Shown piece by piece: positions 21,112-30,242 of a stretch of DNA of 64,000 nt. A program made the position numbers and the translations under genes. The notes beneath the pieces were generated by a model. It ran no database searches. It worked only from the letters and a program-made list of their open reading frames with translations, and was not told where the DNA came from. Origin of the DNA: an uncultured Sphingomonadales bacterium (GTDB taxonomy: Bacteria; Pseudomonadota; Alphaproteobacteria; Sphingomonadales; CAKZYD01); contig CAZPXQ010000001.1 of the NCBI GenBank assembly GCA_964590595.1, positions 198,410-262,409 on the forward strand. Reading direction: 5' to 3'. Positions within the stretch are counted from its first letter, which is position 1. Every line of letters starts with the position of its first letter.

Positions 21112-21462
21112 TTATAACTCAAGAGCCCGTTTTGTTGATCCCGGTAGAGTAACCGCTAAAGGTCGTAGCAGGGTTGGCCAATAGGTTAACATTATTGCCA
21201 CGGCCAATGCGGCCGCTCCAAGAACAAGTGGCCAGAGCAGGACCGAGAAACTGACGCCATCTCGCAGAATAAATGGCCAAAATGAAAGTCCAATGATTGC
21301 CCATCCGAGGCCTGTTGCAAATCGTTTTTTGACGCGGGCATCCGGTCTGCCGAGAACATTTTTGGCATGCTTTTGTTGAGAGAGCGCAAGAAAGGCAAGG
21401 CCAACAAAAGCCAGCAGAGCGCCGCACAGAAAAAATGCAGAACTGACAAGTATATCTTCCAT
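21112..21462 (-). CDS. Small 4-TM membrane protein, DUF3325-like
   Basis: 116-aa hydrophobic ORF directly downstream of the PepSY-TM gene. From memory, DUF3325 proteins commonly occupy this position. Confidence 0.6.
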   Translation of the reverse strand: MEDILVSSAFFLCGALLAFVGLAFLALSQQKHAKNVLGRPDARVKKRFATGLGWAIIGLSFWPFILRDGVSFSVLLWPLVLGAAALAVAIMLTYWPTLLRPLAVTLPGSTKRALEL

Positions 21463-21468
21463 CGCAAA

Positions 21469-23076
21469 CTATTTCGCTAATGGATAAGTTTTGGAATGGT
21501 TCTGCGGCATTTCCTCGGAGCCGTGAGCCGAGGTCTCCGCCTTCACTGAACTCAATTTGAACGCAGTCCAGATTGCTAGAGCTGCGCTGGCGATTAACAT
21601 GAGATCGGCGCCTGCTACGGCCCAGAGTCCGTTGCCGACCGTCGTGACGAGATGGTCGCCAGTAGTGATCCAGTTCAGGAGGGCGGCGGCGGCGGCGAAT
21701 ATGCCAATCACGAAGGCCTGTTCCATCCAGGCACGTCTGTCACGTATGGCCGCATGGCCAAAACTCGCGATCCATACAACGCAGAAGACCAGCACCTCAA
21801 GATCGGATCGGTCGAAACGCGCTGTCACCAGTTCAGCCGCTGATGGCAGAAGCCGGTTTGCGACGAGAAAAGCCGCACTCGCAGCGATGATCCCTGTGGT
21901 GGAGCCGACGGTCAATGCTCTGATGACACGCACCTTCAAGGGCTCACCCTCCTTGCGCATTCGCGCGCGCATCCAGGCAAGATTACCCGTCGCGATCATT
22001 ACGCAGCCCGCGAGTCCCGCAGCGAAATAAAGCCAACGAAGCGGCATGTGATCAAATTGAACGAAATGCAGGCCGGCGAGCCAACCATGTGCTGTGCGAA
22101 GCGCCGCTGCGGAATCGTCCAGAATCATGTCTCCGGTTTCGGCCTCGAAAATCATGTTATGCTTGTTCATCGTCACGCGTCGCGAGGGGAATATTTGCTT
22201 GACATGAACTTGGCTGTTCGCGTCTCCCAACATGAAGATGCGAACAAGGTCAGCGCGTTCGGCTTGGCCTGTTCTTTCCGACCAAGTCAATTCAGCCTTG
22301 GAGACCATCGCGTCGATCGAGGCGGCGTCAGCCATCGGCTCGCCTGCTGGTGTGCGCTTCGGCAGACCAAAAACCTCTTGCGCAAAAGTCTGGCGGTCGC
22401 CGTCAAAGGGAACGCCAACGCCCCATGGCAGGTAGATGACGAAGAAGATAATCAGCCCGGTCAATGGCATGAGGAAATGAAAAGGAAAAGCGATCACAGC
22501 CGTCAGGTTGTGCAGGTCGAGGGTGGAACGCCTGAGAGTTTTTTTGGGTCTGAAGGTAAAGAAGTCCTGCAGAATTTTGCGGTGAATGAAGACCCCGGAG
22601 ACCAACAACGCCAGCATTGCCATCGCCGCGAGCCCGACAATCCAATAGCCAAGTCCCATCCAGTTCAAGTGCAGGCGAAAATGAAAGGGAAAAAAGAAGC
22701 CGGTTGCGCCAAGCGAACGGGTTTGTTTGAGTCGTTGGCTCGTGGACGGGTCTATGATGATCCATTCAAATTCGCCATTGGCATTTGGGAAATTGAATTC
22801 CACCGTCGGGCGCCGCGGCTTGGGAGGCCGGATATTGACAATGCCATTTTCAGGAAGATCGGAAAGAACCGTTTTCAAATGCGCATCTAAGGAAACTTTC
22901 TCCTCGGCATAGGCAAGCCGCAGTTCTGGCTTCATCCATTGATCGATTTCAGCGTCGAAGACCGACAATGTGCCCGTCCAGAAAATCGCAAACAACAGGC
23001 CACCCAGCACAATGCCGAACCAAGTGTGCAGCCAATTCATCGACCTTCTGAAATCTTCCGTGACGGCAAGTTTCAT
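21469..23076 (-). CDS. PepSY-associated TM-helix protein (PiuB/FoxB-like iron-regulated inner-membrane protein)
   Basis: 535 aa. N-terminus RRSMNWLHTWFGIVLGGLLF, typical of the family. Multiple TM helices flank periplasmic PepSY-like regions. Confidence 0.8.
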   Translation of the reverse strand: MKLAVTEDFRRSMNWLHTWFGIVLGGLLFAIFWTGTLSVFDAEIDQWMKPELRLAYAEEKVSLDAHLKTVLSDLPENGIVNIRPPKPRRPTVEFNFPNANGEFEWIIIDPSTSQRLKQTRSLGATGFFFPFHFRLHLNWMGLGYWIVGLAAMAMLALLVSGVFIHRKILQDFFTFRPKKTLRRSTLDLHNLTAVIAFPFHFLMPLTGLIIFFVIYLPWGVGVPFDGDRQTFAQEVFGLPKRTPAGEPMADAASIDAMVSKAELTWSERTGQAERADLVRIFMLGDANSQVHVKQIFPSRRVTMNKHNMIFEAETGDMILDDSAAALRTAHGWLAGLHFVQFDHMPLRWLYFAAGLAGCVMIATGNLAWMRARMRKEGEPLKVRVIRALTVGSTTGIIAASAAFLVANRLLPSAAELVTARFDRSDLEVLVFCVVWIASFGHAAIRDRRAWMEQAFVIGIFAAAAALLNWITTGDHLVTTVGNGLWAVAGADLMLIASAALAIWTAFKLSSVKAETSAHGSEEMPQNHSKTYPLAK

Positions 23077-23091
23077 TCTGATCTTCCGTTT

Positions 23092-23412
23092 CTATGCAAT
23101 GACCAGATCGGTAAGCTTGGGTGCAGCGAAGATCAGGGTGGCGGACAGTCCGATGATGATGGCGGCAGTCCGGCGCGGTCGAGGGCTCGCGATAGCCCAA
23201 AGGCCGGCGCTGAGCCATGCAAAATAGCCGGTGATGGCACCAAACATCACCGCTTCGCCCCGCGCCAAGCCTGCCGCTGTCAGGCCCACGGCTGTGATGG
23301 CGACATAGCCATTGGCGAAAGCATAGGCCCCAATCACCGCGACCAGCAACCGAAGCGTACGCATCGGCCATCGTTCCTTGTCGATCCGGCTTGGCGTGTT
23401 CATGGGTTCCAA
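23092..23412 (-). CDS. Small membrane protein, DUF3649-like
   Basis: 106-aa, 3-TM ORF between the TonB-dependent receptor and the PepSY-TM gene. The family name is from memory of the usual gene order. Confidence 0.55.
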   Translation of the reverse strand: MEPMNTPSRIDKERWPMRTLRLLVAVIGAYAFANGYVAITAVGLTAAGLARGEAVMFGAITGYFAWLSAGLWAIASPRPRRTAAIIIGLSATLIFAAPKLTDLVIA

Positions 23413-23548
23413 CGAATAAGCTCAATCACCGAAATGCTATAGTCGCGTCACCGTGCTTCGCTTATTCGGGTGACAGTTCCGGCCAATCCTTAATGTGTAA
23501 ACCAACAGTCCTTTCGCACTATGTCGAACCTAGACATGCGCATTTGAG

Positions 23549-25729
23549 TTAGAAACTATAGCCGAAGCTCAAGCTGACCGCGCGGCCTAAACCAGAGCGA
23601 ATGCGACCTGGAATGAAGCTAATCTCGCCTGCGGGGACATAATCTTCGTTCAGAAGGTTGGTGACTTGAAGCGACAGCAGCCCGGCGCCGATGGCTTGAT
23701 TGAACCCTGCATCGATCAAAGTGTAGGATTCAACGGGGTTGGCATCTATGCCAGCTTCAAACGCGCCGTCGCGACTGGCGACGTGAAGCAATTGCCCGAA
23801 AATGGACTGCCCTTCGTTGAAGGCATAGGACGGAGACAACGAAAATTTGAGCGGTGGATTGTCTTGGGTGCTAAGCGGCACGAAATCCCCTTGACCGGTC
23901 GTGTCGACCTCGCCGTCGATATAGGTTATGTTTGCCTCCAGCTTGAAGGCCATCGTTGGCTGCCATTGTGCCGAGACTTCAAGGCCAGCGATATCCACCG
24001 GCGCCCGTGTGCGGTTGGCGAGACCGGTCGCGGGATCAACGGAAACGGTCGTCGAGAAATCCGATTGTGTGTAATAGGCGCCAAACGCGTAGCTGAGTGT
24101 GCCAATGGCGCCACGGAAGCCGAGTTCGAAGCTCTTGGTCACGACCGGTTCGATCAGGTTGGAGTCGGCGACGGAAGTGCCAGGCGGCACATTGTTGAAC
24201 AGGAAGCCCAGAGCAGGCGTGGCAAATCCTTCTGAATAGTTGCCAAATACGGTCAGGGCGTCGCTGAAATCATAGGTGGCGCCGATGTTGAGGCTGATCC
24301 CATCCGCGTTGGCGGACCCGCCGGGTCTGATCCCCGGAGCAAAAGTGAAGACAACATCATATTCACCGACGTCATATGCAAATCGGTCCCAACGCAAGCC
24401 TCCCGACAGGGTGAACCGATCGGTTACATGGAATTCCCCCTCCCAAAACACCCCGATGGACTGGAGGTCAAAGGGCGGCGTCTGGTCTGCTTCAGTGCTG
24501 GCATCGAAGAAACCGGTCTGGTCGAAATCCGTGACCGAGGAGATAATCAACAAGCTGTCGCTTTTTGCGTCATTGTAATCTGCGCCAATGGCGAAGTTCA
24601 TTCGGTTACCGATGGGCCGTGCATATTGCGCTCTTGCGCCGAATTCTTCGGTGATCCTGCCAGTCTGAAATAGACCGGGCCAAGTCCCTGGAAAGGGGCC
24701 GCCATTGGTTGAAAGTGCCGCGCGGATATCACTGCCGGGGTTAAGAAACTCCGACTCTGAATAATAGCCCAGAACTGACAGTTCTCCACCAGCGAGATCT
24801 TCGTTCAGATATTTTAGATTGCCGTAAACAAATTCATTTGTGGGCTCTTCAGCATAGCTGAACGGAAACGCGGCTTCACCGGCGATGACGGTACCGTCGC
24901 CGGCATTCACTTCAGTGAGTTCAAAAGTGCGGTCCTGGAAATTGAGGCTTGTGCGGCTGAACGTGCCGGTCAGGCTTTGGCCCTTGGCAAGCTGTGCGCG
25001 CACCTTGCCGAAGAAACTAATGTCCTCGACGAAGCTGCTGCGTCCGGTCAGAAGATCGCCTTCGGCTCGGAAATTGCCGCCCGTGCGTTCATAACTGACA
25101 AGCCCGTAAACACTCAGCCAGTCTGTCACAGCGCCATTGATCGAGCCGGCGAATTTATAGGTCAGGCCATCGTCGTCGAACGCTTTCTTCTTTGTGGCAA
25201 AGGCCCTTGTCTGCGCGAAGGCGCCGAATTCCAGTCGTCCGTCCTTGGGCTCTTGCGTGAAGAATTGGATGACCCCGCCTGTGGCCCCGGAACCATAAAG
25301 GGCCGTCGGCCCATAAACCACCTCAACGCGACCGATGGCAAGGGGGTCGAATTTATCGAGAAAGCGGTTGAAGTTCGTGTTGGAGGCAAGCGGAACGCCG
25401 TCGATCAGGAACAGGGGGTCGCGGCCCCGAAGCGTCAATGAGCCCGCGCTTCCCTCGGTTACGGGTGGCGCAAAGCCAGGAACGGCTTTGCCGAGGATTT
25501 CCTGCACGCTTGTTGTCTGCTGCAGCAAAACTTCCAATTGCGCTTCCGAGAAAACACGCGCTGACCGGGCCATATCCTCAAGCGCTTGGCCGCGTCGCGA
25601 GGATTCGATGACGATGACTTCCGCATCTGAATAGGCTTGGTCTACTGGCGCTGCCTGTTGTGCAACGGCGCTTGCGCTAAAGCCCATAAAGGCGGCCAAT
25701 GTGGAACTGGCCTTCAATCGCTTTGACAT
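23549..25729 (-). CDS. TonB-dependent (siderophore-type) outer-membrane receptor
   Basis: Signal peptide, TonB-box-like EVIVIES, plug motifs (LTLRGRD, VEVVYGPTALYGSGATGGVI), a long beta-barrel, and a C-terminal aromatic residue (...FGYSF). AGGGGG lies upstream of the ATG. Confidence 0.92.
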   Translation of the reverse strand: MSKRLKASSTLAAFMGFSASAVAQQAAPVDQAYSDAEVIVIESSRRGQALEDMARSARVFSEAQLEVLLQQTTSVQEILGKAVPGFAPPVTEGSAGSLTLRGRDPLFLIDGVPLASNTNFNRFLDKFDPLAIGRVEVVYGPTALYGSGATGGVIQFFTQEPKDGRLEFGAFAQTRAFATKKKAFDDDGLTYKFAGSINGAVTDWLSVYGLVSYERTGGNFRAEGDLLTGRSSFVEDISFFGKVRAQLAKGQSLTGTFSRTSLNFQDRTFELTEVNAGDGTVIAGEAAFPFSYAEEPTNEFVYGNLKYLNEDLAGGELSVLGYYSESEFLNPGSDIRAALSTNGGPFPGTWPGLFQTGRITEEFGARAQYARPIGNRMNFAIGADYNDAKSDSLLIISSVTDFDQTGFFDASTEADQTPPFDLQSIGVFWEGEFHVTDRFTLSGGLRWDRFAYDVGEYDVVFTFAPGIRPGGSANADGISLNIGATYDFSDALTVFGNYSEGFATPALGFLFNNVPPGTSVADSNLIEPVVTKSFELGFRGAIGTLSYAFGAYYTQSDFSTTVSVDPATGLANRTRAPVDIAGLEVSAQWQPTMAFKLEANITYIDGEVDTTGQGDFVPLSTQDNPPLKFSLSPSYAFNEGQSIFGQLLHVASRDGAFEAGIDANPVESYTLIDAGFNQAIGAGLLSLQVTNLLNEDYVPAGEISFIPGRIRSGLGRAVSLSFGYSF

Positions 25730-25764
25730 GATTCAGCCCCCTGTTAGATTCAAATGCGACTCAC

Positions 25765-25812
25765 TTGCAATTATATTAATGAATTCGCAAATAATTCGCA
25801 ATAGCAAAATAT
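25765..25812 (-). promoter_or_regulatory. AT-rich operator-like repeats in the receptor promoter (candidate iron-responsive operator)
   Basis: AATTCGCAA occurs at 25782-25790 and 25793-25801 (11-bp register). An inverted-like TTGCAATT lies at 25765-25772. All are 36-72 nt upstream of the receptor ATG. Confidence 0.4.
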
Positions 25813-26151
25813 ACTCAATTGCCATTCAAGGCTCCGGAAGGTCGCGACCAGGCGCCTTTGCTGGAGGATGTCTAAATGCTGTCGGCGGAACGCAAGCCAT
25901 GACAGGATCACCGTGCCAGCTTTGCGATAGTGCGGTTCGATAAAAATACATAAACTGTCCCCGTTATAAGGGTATGCCTCTGTCCGCCGCTGGGGTTGTC
26001 CGAGGCAGCCTCTATTGCAGGGAGCGGGCCATTGTTGCAGCCCTTTATTACAGTCTATTACAGGGACGGTTTATCTAATTAGACGAGCGATGTGGGGTCC
26101 CTGGGCCGTGGGGGCGCTGAGGCAGACCGGGCTGGCCGCTAGCAGGCGGGT

Positions 26152-26892
26152 TCAAACCAAACAGTCGGCGAATATTTCGTCCAGGCGACGCCAGTGCTTT
26201 TCGGCAGCGGCCTGGTTATAGGCATAATGGCCGTCGACGGCGAAGCCATGTTCGGCGCCTTGATAGATTTCGATCATATGATCGATGCCGGCTTGGCGCA
26301 GCGCGGCGGCGAGGCGGCCTTCTTCCTCGGCTGGGAACAGGGGGTCGATGCCGGCGACACCGACATAGACCCGGCCCTTGATGTCGGGGGCGACGAGATG
26401 CGGGCTGTCGGATTTGTCGGTGGCCAGCCAGGCGCCATGCAGCGACGCGGCGGCGGCGACATGTTCGGCAAAGCAGCCAGCGGCGCGCAGGGCAAAGCCG
26501 CCGCCCATGCAATAACCAACCAGGCCGGCGGGCAGGCGTGCGCCTTCGGCCTTGGCCAGAAAGTCGAAAAAGGCGGCGCTGTCGTCCATCACCCGTTGTT
26601 GTGTCAATGTGCCCAACAGCGCGAATACCTGCTCCCGAATCTTCGGGCCTTCTACCATCGCCTGGGCGTCGAATGGGCCATAGGACCCTTCGCGATAGAA
26701 TAGGTCTGGTAGCAAAACAAAATAGCCAGTGTCGGCGAGCCGCTCTGCCATCGCTAGCATCGCGGGGCGGATGCCCAAGGCGTCCATATACAGCAACACG
26801 GCGGGCCAGGGGCCGGCGCCTTGCGGATGAAAGACATGGCTGGGGGCGACGCCGTCCTTGGTGGCGATATCGACACGGATATGTTGGGCCAT
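26152..26892 (-). CDS. Dienelactone hydrolase family protein
   Basis: 246 aa. Motifs LLYMDALGIRP and GYCMGG (nucleophile elbow) plus a C-terminal His. Confidence 0.85.
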   Translation of the reverse strand: MAQHIRVDIATKDGVAPSHVFHPQGAGPWPAVLLYMDALGIRPAMLAMAERLADTGYFVLLPDLFYREGSYGPFDAQAMVEGPKIREQVFALLGTLTQQRVMDDSAAFFDFLAKAEGARLPAGLVGYCMGGGFALRAAGCFAEHVAAAASLHGAWLATDKSDSPHLVAPDIKGRVYVGVAGIDPLFPAEEEGRLAAALRQAGIDHMIEIYQGAEHGFAVDGHYAYNQAAAEKHWRRLDEIFADCLV

Positions 26893-26993
26893 GGCATTGT
26901 CTCTCCTGCTGAATGCGCATTATAGGATGACGCGGCGGCTGGACAAGGCCATGACCGGCCCGCAATATGAGAACCTGACACAAAGGAGAGGGT

Positions 26994-27863
26994 ATGGCGA
27001 AACTGGCATTCATCGGCCTCGGCGTGATGGGCTATCCCATGGCCGGGCATTTGGCGGCGAAGGGTCATGAGGTGGCGGTCTATAATCGCACCGCCGCGCG
27101 AGCTCAAGACTGGCAGCGCCAGCATCAGGGCCGCGTCGCCACCACGCCGGCCGATGCCGCTGCGGCGGCGGACATCGTATTTGTATGCGTTGGCGACGAC
27201 CCCGATGTGCGGGCGGTGATCCTGGGCGCGGACGGGGCCTTGGCGGCGCTGAAGCCGGGCGCGGTGATTGTCGATCACACTACTGCGTCGGCGGCGTTGG
27301 CGCGGGAGCTGGCCGCGCTGTGCGGCGAGTGCGGCGTTGAGTTTATCGACGCGCCGGTCTCCGGCGGCCAGGCCGGGGCCGAGGCGGGGCAGCTTTCAAT
27401 CATGTGTGGCGGCGATGAAGCGGCGTTCGCCCGCGCCCAACCGGTGATGGATATTTACGCCAAGGCCTGCCGGCTGATTGGTCCGGCTGGGGCTGGCCAA
27501 TTGGCCAAGATGGTCAATCAAATCTGCATCGCCGGTGTCGTCCAGGGCCTGGCCGAGGCGCTCAATTTCGGCCAGCGCGCCGGCCTCGACATGGCCGCCG
27601 TGATCGAGGTGATTGCAAAGGGCGCGGCGCAATCCTGGCAGATGGAAAACCGCGCCCAAACCATGTGCGAGGGCCGCTTCGATTTTGGCTTCGCCGTCGA
27701 CTGGATGCGCAAGGATTTGCGCATCTGCCTGGAGGAAGCCCGCGGCAATGGCGCGCGGCTGCCGGTTGCCGCCCTGGTCGATCAATTCTATGCCGAGGTC
27801 CAGGCCGGCGGCGGCGGCCGTTATGACACGTCCAGCCTGATGACGCTGCTGACCAAGCCCTAG
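26994..27863 (+). CDS. NAD(P)-dependent oxidoreductase, 3-hydroxyisobutyrate / 6-phosphogluconate dehydrogenase-like
   Basis: Rossmann N-terminus LAFIGLGVMGYPMAGHL. 289 aa. Confidence 0.85.
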   Translation: MAKLAFIGLGVMGYPMAGHLAAKGHEVAVYNRTAARAQDWQRQHQGRVATTPADAAAAADIVFVCVGDDPDVRAVILGADGALAALKPGAVIVDHTTASAALARELAALCGECGVEFIDAPVSGGQAGAEAGQLSIMCGGDEAAFARAQPVMDIYAKACRLIGPAGAGQLAKMVNQICIAGVVQGLAEALNFGQRAGLDMAAVIEVIAKGAAQSWQMENRAQTMCEGRFDFGFAVDWMRKDLRICLEEARGNGARLPVAALVDQFYAEVQAGGGGRYDTSSLMTLLTKP

Positions 27864-28363
27864 CGCTTGTAAAGGCCCATCAGCGCGGTTTTTTCCAGCG
27901 TATTGAAATGCAGCTGGAAACCGACCACGGCGGCGGACGTGTCGGGAGTGACGTCAAGACGGTCGACGCCGACGGCGTGCAGGGTAAAGAAATAGCGGTG
28001 CGGATGATCGCCTTCGGGCGGGCATGGGCCACCATAGCCCGGGGCGCCATAATCGGTGCGCACTTGCAGCGCGCCGGCGGGCAATAAGCCGTTGCTGGCT
28101 GTGCCAGCGCCGCGCGCCAATGTGCTGACATCGGCGGGAATATTGACCACCACCCAATGCCAAAAGCCGCTGCCGGTCGGCGCGTCGGGGTCAAAGCAGG
28201 TCAGCGCGAAGCTTTTGGTGCCAGCGGGGGCACCCTGCCATGCCAAGTGCGGTGAGACGTTGCCGCCGCCGCAGCCAAAGCCATAATCGGCCGATAAAAT
28301 ATGATCCTGGGCGAGATAATCGCCGTCCTTGAAATCGTCACTGGTCAAGATGAGTGCCATCAA
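27860..28363 (-). CDS. YbhB/YbcL-family (PEBP / Raf-kinase-inhibitor-like) protein
   Basis: Motifs SPHLAW, DPDAP...FWHWVV and GPCPP...HRYFFTLHA. Confidence 0.85.
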   Translation of the reverse strand: MMALILTSDDFKDGDYLAQDHILSADYGFGCGGGNVSPHLAWQGAPAGTKSFALTCFDPDAPTGSGFWHWVVVNIPADVSTLARGAGTASNGLLPAGALQVRTDYGAPGYGGPCPPEGDHPHRYFFTLHAVGVDRLDVTPDTSAAVVGFQLHFNTLEKTALMGLYKR

Positions 28364-28397
28364 TGCTTTCCTTTCTCCGGCGTTGATTAGGCCTTTC

Positions 28398-29330
28398 TCA
28401 GGCGTCGATCAGGGCATGGACATGGGCCGCCGCCGACGCCGCCAATGCGTCCAAATCATAGCCGCCTTCCAGCACTGAAACCAAGCGTCCGCCGCTGTGT
28501 TTGTGGGCGATTTTGGCGATTTCACCGGTAACCCAGGCAAAATCCGCCTCGACCAGATTGAGGTCGGCCAAGGGATCGTCGCGATGGGCGTCGAAGCCGG
28601 CGGAAATCACGATCAAGCCTGGGCCGAAGGCATCCAGGGCCGGCAGGATGCGCTGTTGCCAGGCATCGCGAAAGGCGCTCGACCCGCTGCCCGGCGCCAG
28701 CGGCGCGTTGACGATATTGCCGGCAATGCCGGTTTCATCGGCGCTGCCGGTGCCGGGATAGCACGGGCTTTGATGGCTGGAGCCGAAAAACGCGTCGCGG
28801 TCGGCGGCGAACATGGCTTGGGTGCCATTGCCGTGATGGACGTCGAAATCGACCACGGCGACTCGCTTCATTGCCCATCGGGCGCGGGCGTGATGGGCGG
28901 CGATGGCAACATTATTGAACAGGCAAAACCCCATCGCGCGGTCGGGTTCGGCGTGATGGCCAGGGGGCCGCGCGGCGACGAACACGGCATCGGCCTGCCC
29001 CGCCATCACCATATCGACGGCGGCGATGGCACCGCCGGCGGCGTCCAGCGCGGCGGCGGCGCTGCCGGCGGAGATTTGCGTGTCCGGGTCCAGCGCCCGC
29101 CGCTCCCCGGGCCCAAGCCGGATCGCCAACACGCGGTCGACATAGGCCGGATCATGCACCCGGCACAGCGCGGCGGTGTCCGCTGGCGCGCCTTGGCGGC
29201 GTTGCAGCGCGTCAAAGGCCGGGCCGGCCAGCGCTTGCCACACCGCTTGCGCCCGCGCCGGCCGCTCCGGATGGCTGGGTCCGGTGTCATGGTCCAGGCT
29301 GCTGGCTGGGCTGATCAGGCAGGTGCGCAT
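28398..29330 (-). CDS. Histone deacetylase-family (acetoin utilisation / acetylpolyamine amidohydrolase-like) protein
   Basis: Motifs PPGHHAE, GFCLFNNVAIAA, DFDVHHGNGTQ and GGY. Confidence 0.88.
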   Translation of the reverse strand: MRTCLISPASSLDHDTGPSHPERPARAQAVWQALAGPAFDALQRRQGAPADTAALCRVHDPAYVDRVLAIRLGPGERRALDPDTQISAGSAAAALDAAGGAIAAVDMVMAGQADAVFVAARPPGHHAEPDRAMGFCLFNNVAIAAHHARARWAMKRVAVVDFDVHHGNGTQAMFAADRDAFFGSSHQSPCYPGTGSADETGIAGNIVNAPLAPGSGSSAFRDAWQQRILPALDAFGPGLIVISAGFDAHRDDPLADLNLVEADFAWVTGEIAKIAHKHSGGRLVSVLEGGYDLDALAASAAAHVHALIDA

Positions 29331-29353
29331 CGGCTAATCTCTAAACTCAAATT

Positions 29354-29375
29354 GGTCCGTCAATCCAAACGGACC
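29354..29375 (-). terminator. Possible terminator hairpin downstream of murI
   Basis: 7-bp stem GGTCCGT/ACGGACC with an 8-nt loop. On the minus strand it is followed by a T-rich AATTTGAGTTT. Weak. Confidence 0.35.
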
Positions 29376-29382
29376 GGATGGG

Positions 29383-30237
29383 CTAAACCGGACCGCGCAA
29401 CAAAGCCTCGAAGCGGACATCCAGCGCGGTCAAGCGGCGGGCAACCAGGTCGGCATGGCCAGTATTGCCGGTCGACCAAAATTCCACGCGCCGCGCCGCG
29501 GTAGGCTGGCTGAAGCGCGGATGCCGGCCAAGATAGTCCTTCAGCGCCGCGGCGACAATCCGTGGCTGGCTGATGATTTCGCAATCGGCTGGCAAATGCC
29601 GGCGGAACATGTTTTCGATCAGCGGAAAATGCGTGCAGCCCAACAGCACCGCGCTGATTTCGCGCAAGGGCGCTTGGCGCGCCAGCGCCGCCAGCGTATC
29701 GGCGACGGCAGCGTCGATCACGGCGGCGTCGGCACCGGCTTCGATCAACGGCACCAGCGCCGGGGCGGCTTGTTGAACGACGCGGATATTGGGGTCGCGC
29801 TTGGCCACCTCCTCGACATAGGCGCGGGCTTCCACGGTTTTGCGGGTGCCAAGCACGGCAATGGTGCGCGGTGGGGTGCCGCCGGGCGGATGGGCGACGG
29901 GATCGATCCACGGCTTGCCGGTCAATTCCTCAACCGTTGGCACCAGCACCCCCAACACCCGCTTGTCGGGATGATGGCGGGCCAGCCAGCCCTGCTGGAT
30001 GCTGCGCAAGGCGACCGCGGCGGCGGTGTTGCAGGCCAACACCACCAGCGGGCAGCCCTGGCTGAACAGGGCGTCGACCATTTCTATGCTCAGCGCCAGA
30101 ATATCGGCATTGGAGCGGTCGCCATAGGGGGCGCGGCCATGATCGCCCAAATAGACGAAGCTTTCATGGGGCAGGGCGCGCAGGCAGGCGGCCAAAATGG
30201 TCAACCCGCCGGATCCGGAATCGAAAATACCGATCAT
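29383..30237 (-). CDS. murI: Glutamate racemase
   Basis: Motifs IGIFDSGSGGLT, LACNTA and GCTHFP. Confidence 0.93.
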   Translation of the reverse strand: MIGIFDSGSGGLTILAACLRALPHESFVYLGDHGRAPYGDRSNADILALSIEMVDALFSQGCPLVVLACNTAAAVALRSIQQGWLARHHPDKRVLGVLVPTVEELTGKPWIDPVAHPPGGTPPRTIAVLGTRKTVEARAYVEEVAKRDPNIRVVQQAAPALVPLIEAGADAAVIDAAVADTLAALARQAPLREISAVLLGCTHFPLIENMFRRHLPADCEIISQPRIVAAALKDYLGRHPRFSQPTAARRVEFWSTGNTGHADLVARRLTALDVRFEALLRGPV

Positions 30238-30242
30238 GGCCC

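Larger units (their letters stand above)
21066..26150. other. Lower-G+C segment carrying a four-gene iron/siderophore uptake module (putative horizontally acquired island)
   Basis: By eye the segment uses many more A/T-ending codons than either flank, and it has AT-rich intergenic DNA at 25.73-26.15 kb. No integrase, tRNA or clear flanking repeats were seen. Confidence 0.5.

Noticed and set aside
23413-23474. Interleaved inverted repeats (CGAATAAGC/GCTTATTCG and GTCACC/GGTGAC) between the receptor gene and the DUF3649-like gene, as a possible attenuator.
   Set aside because: The arms are short and lie in a 136-bp intra-operon spacer, and there is no T-run. This could be chance or a processing site, and the evidence is not enough for a feature call.
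21066-26150. Mobile-element hallmarks (integrase, transposase, tRNA target, flanking direct repeats) at the borders of the low-G+C island.
   Set aside because: None could be seen by eye. The segment is therefore reported only as compositionally atypical, not as a defined mobile element.
25730-26151. Cobalamin riboswitch, small regulatory gene or ECF sigma factor in the 420-bp spacer upstream of the TonB-dependent receptor.
   Set aside because: There is no convincing B12 box on the receptor strand; the AGCCCGGTCTGCC near 26120 matches only the first half. The only ORFs here (25701..25943 and 26015..26221) have non-coding-like composition and no RBS.
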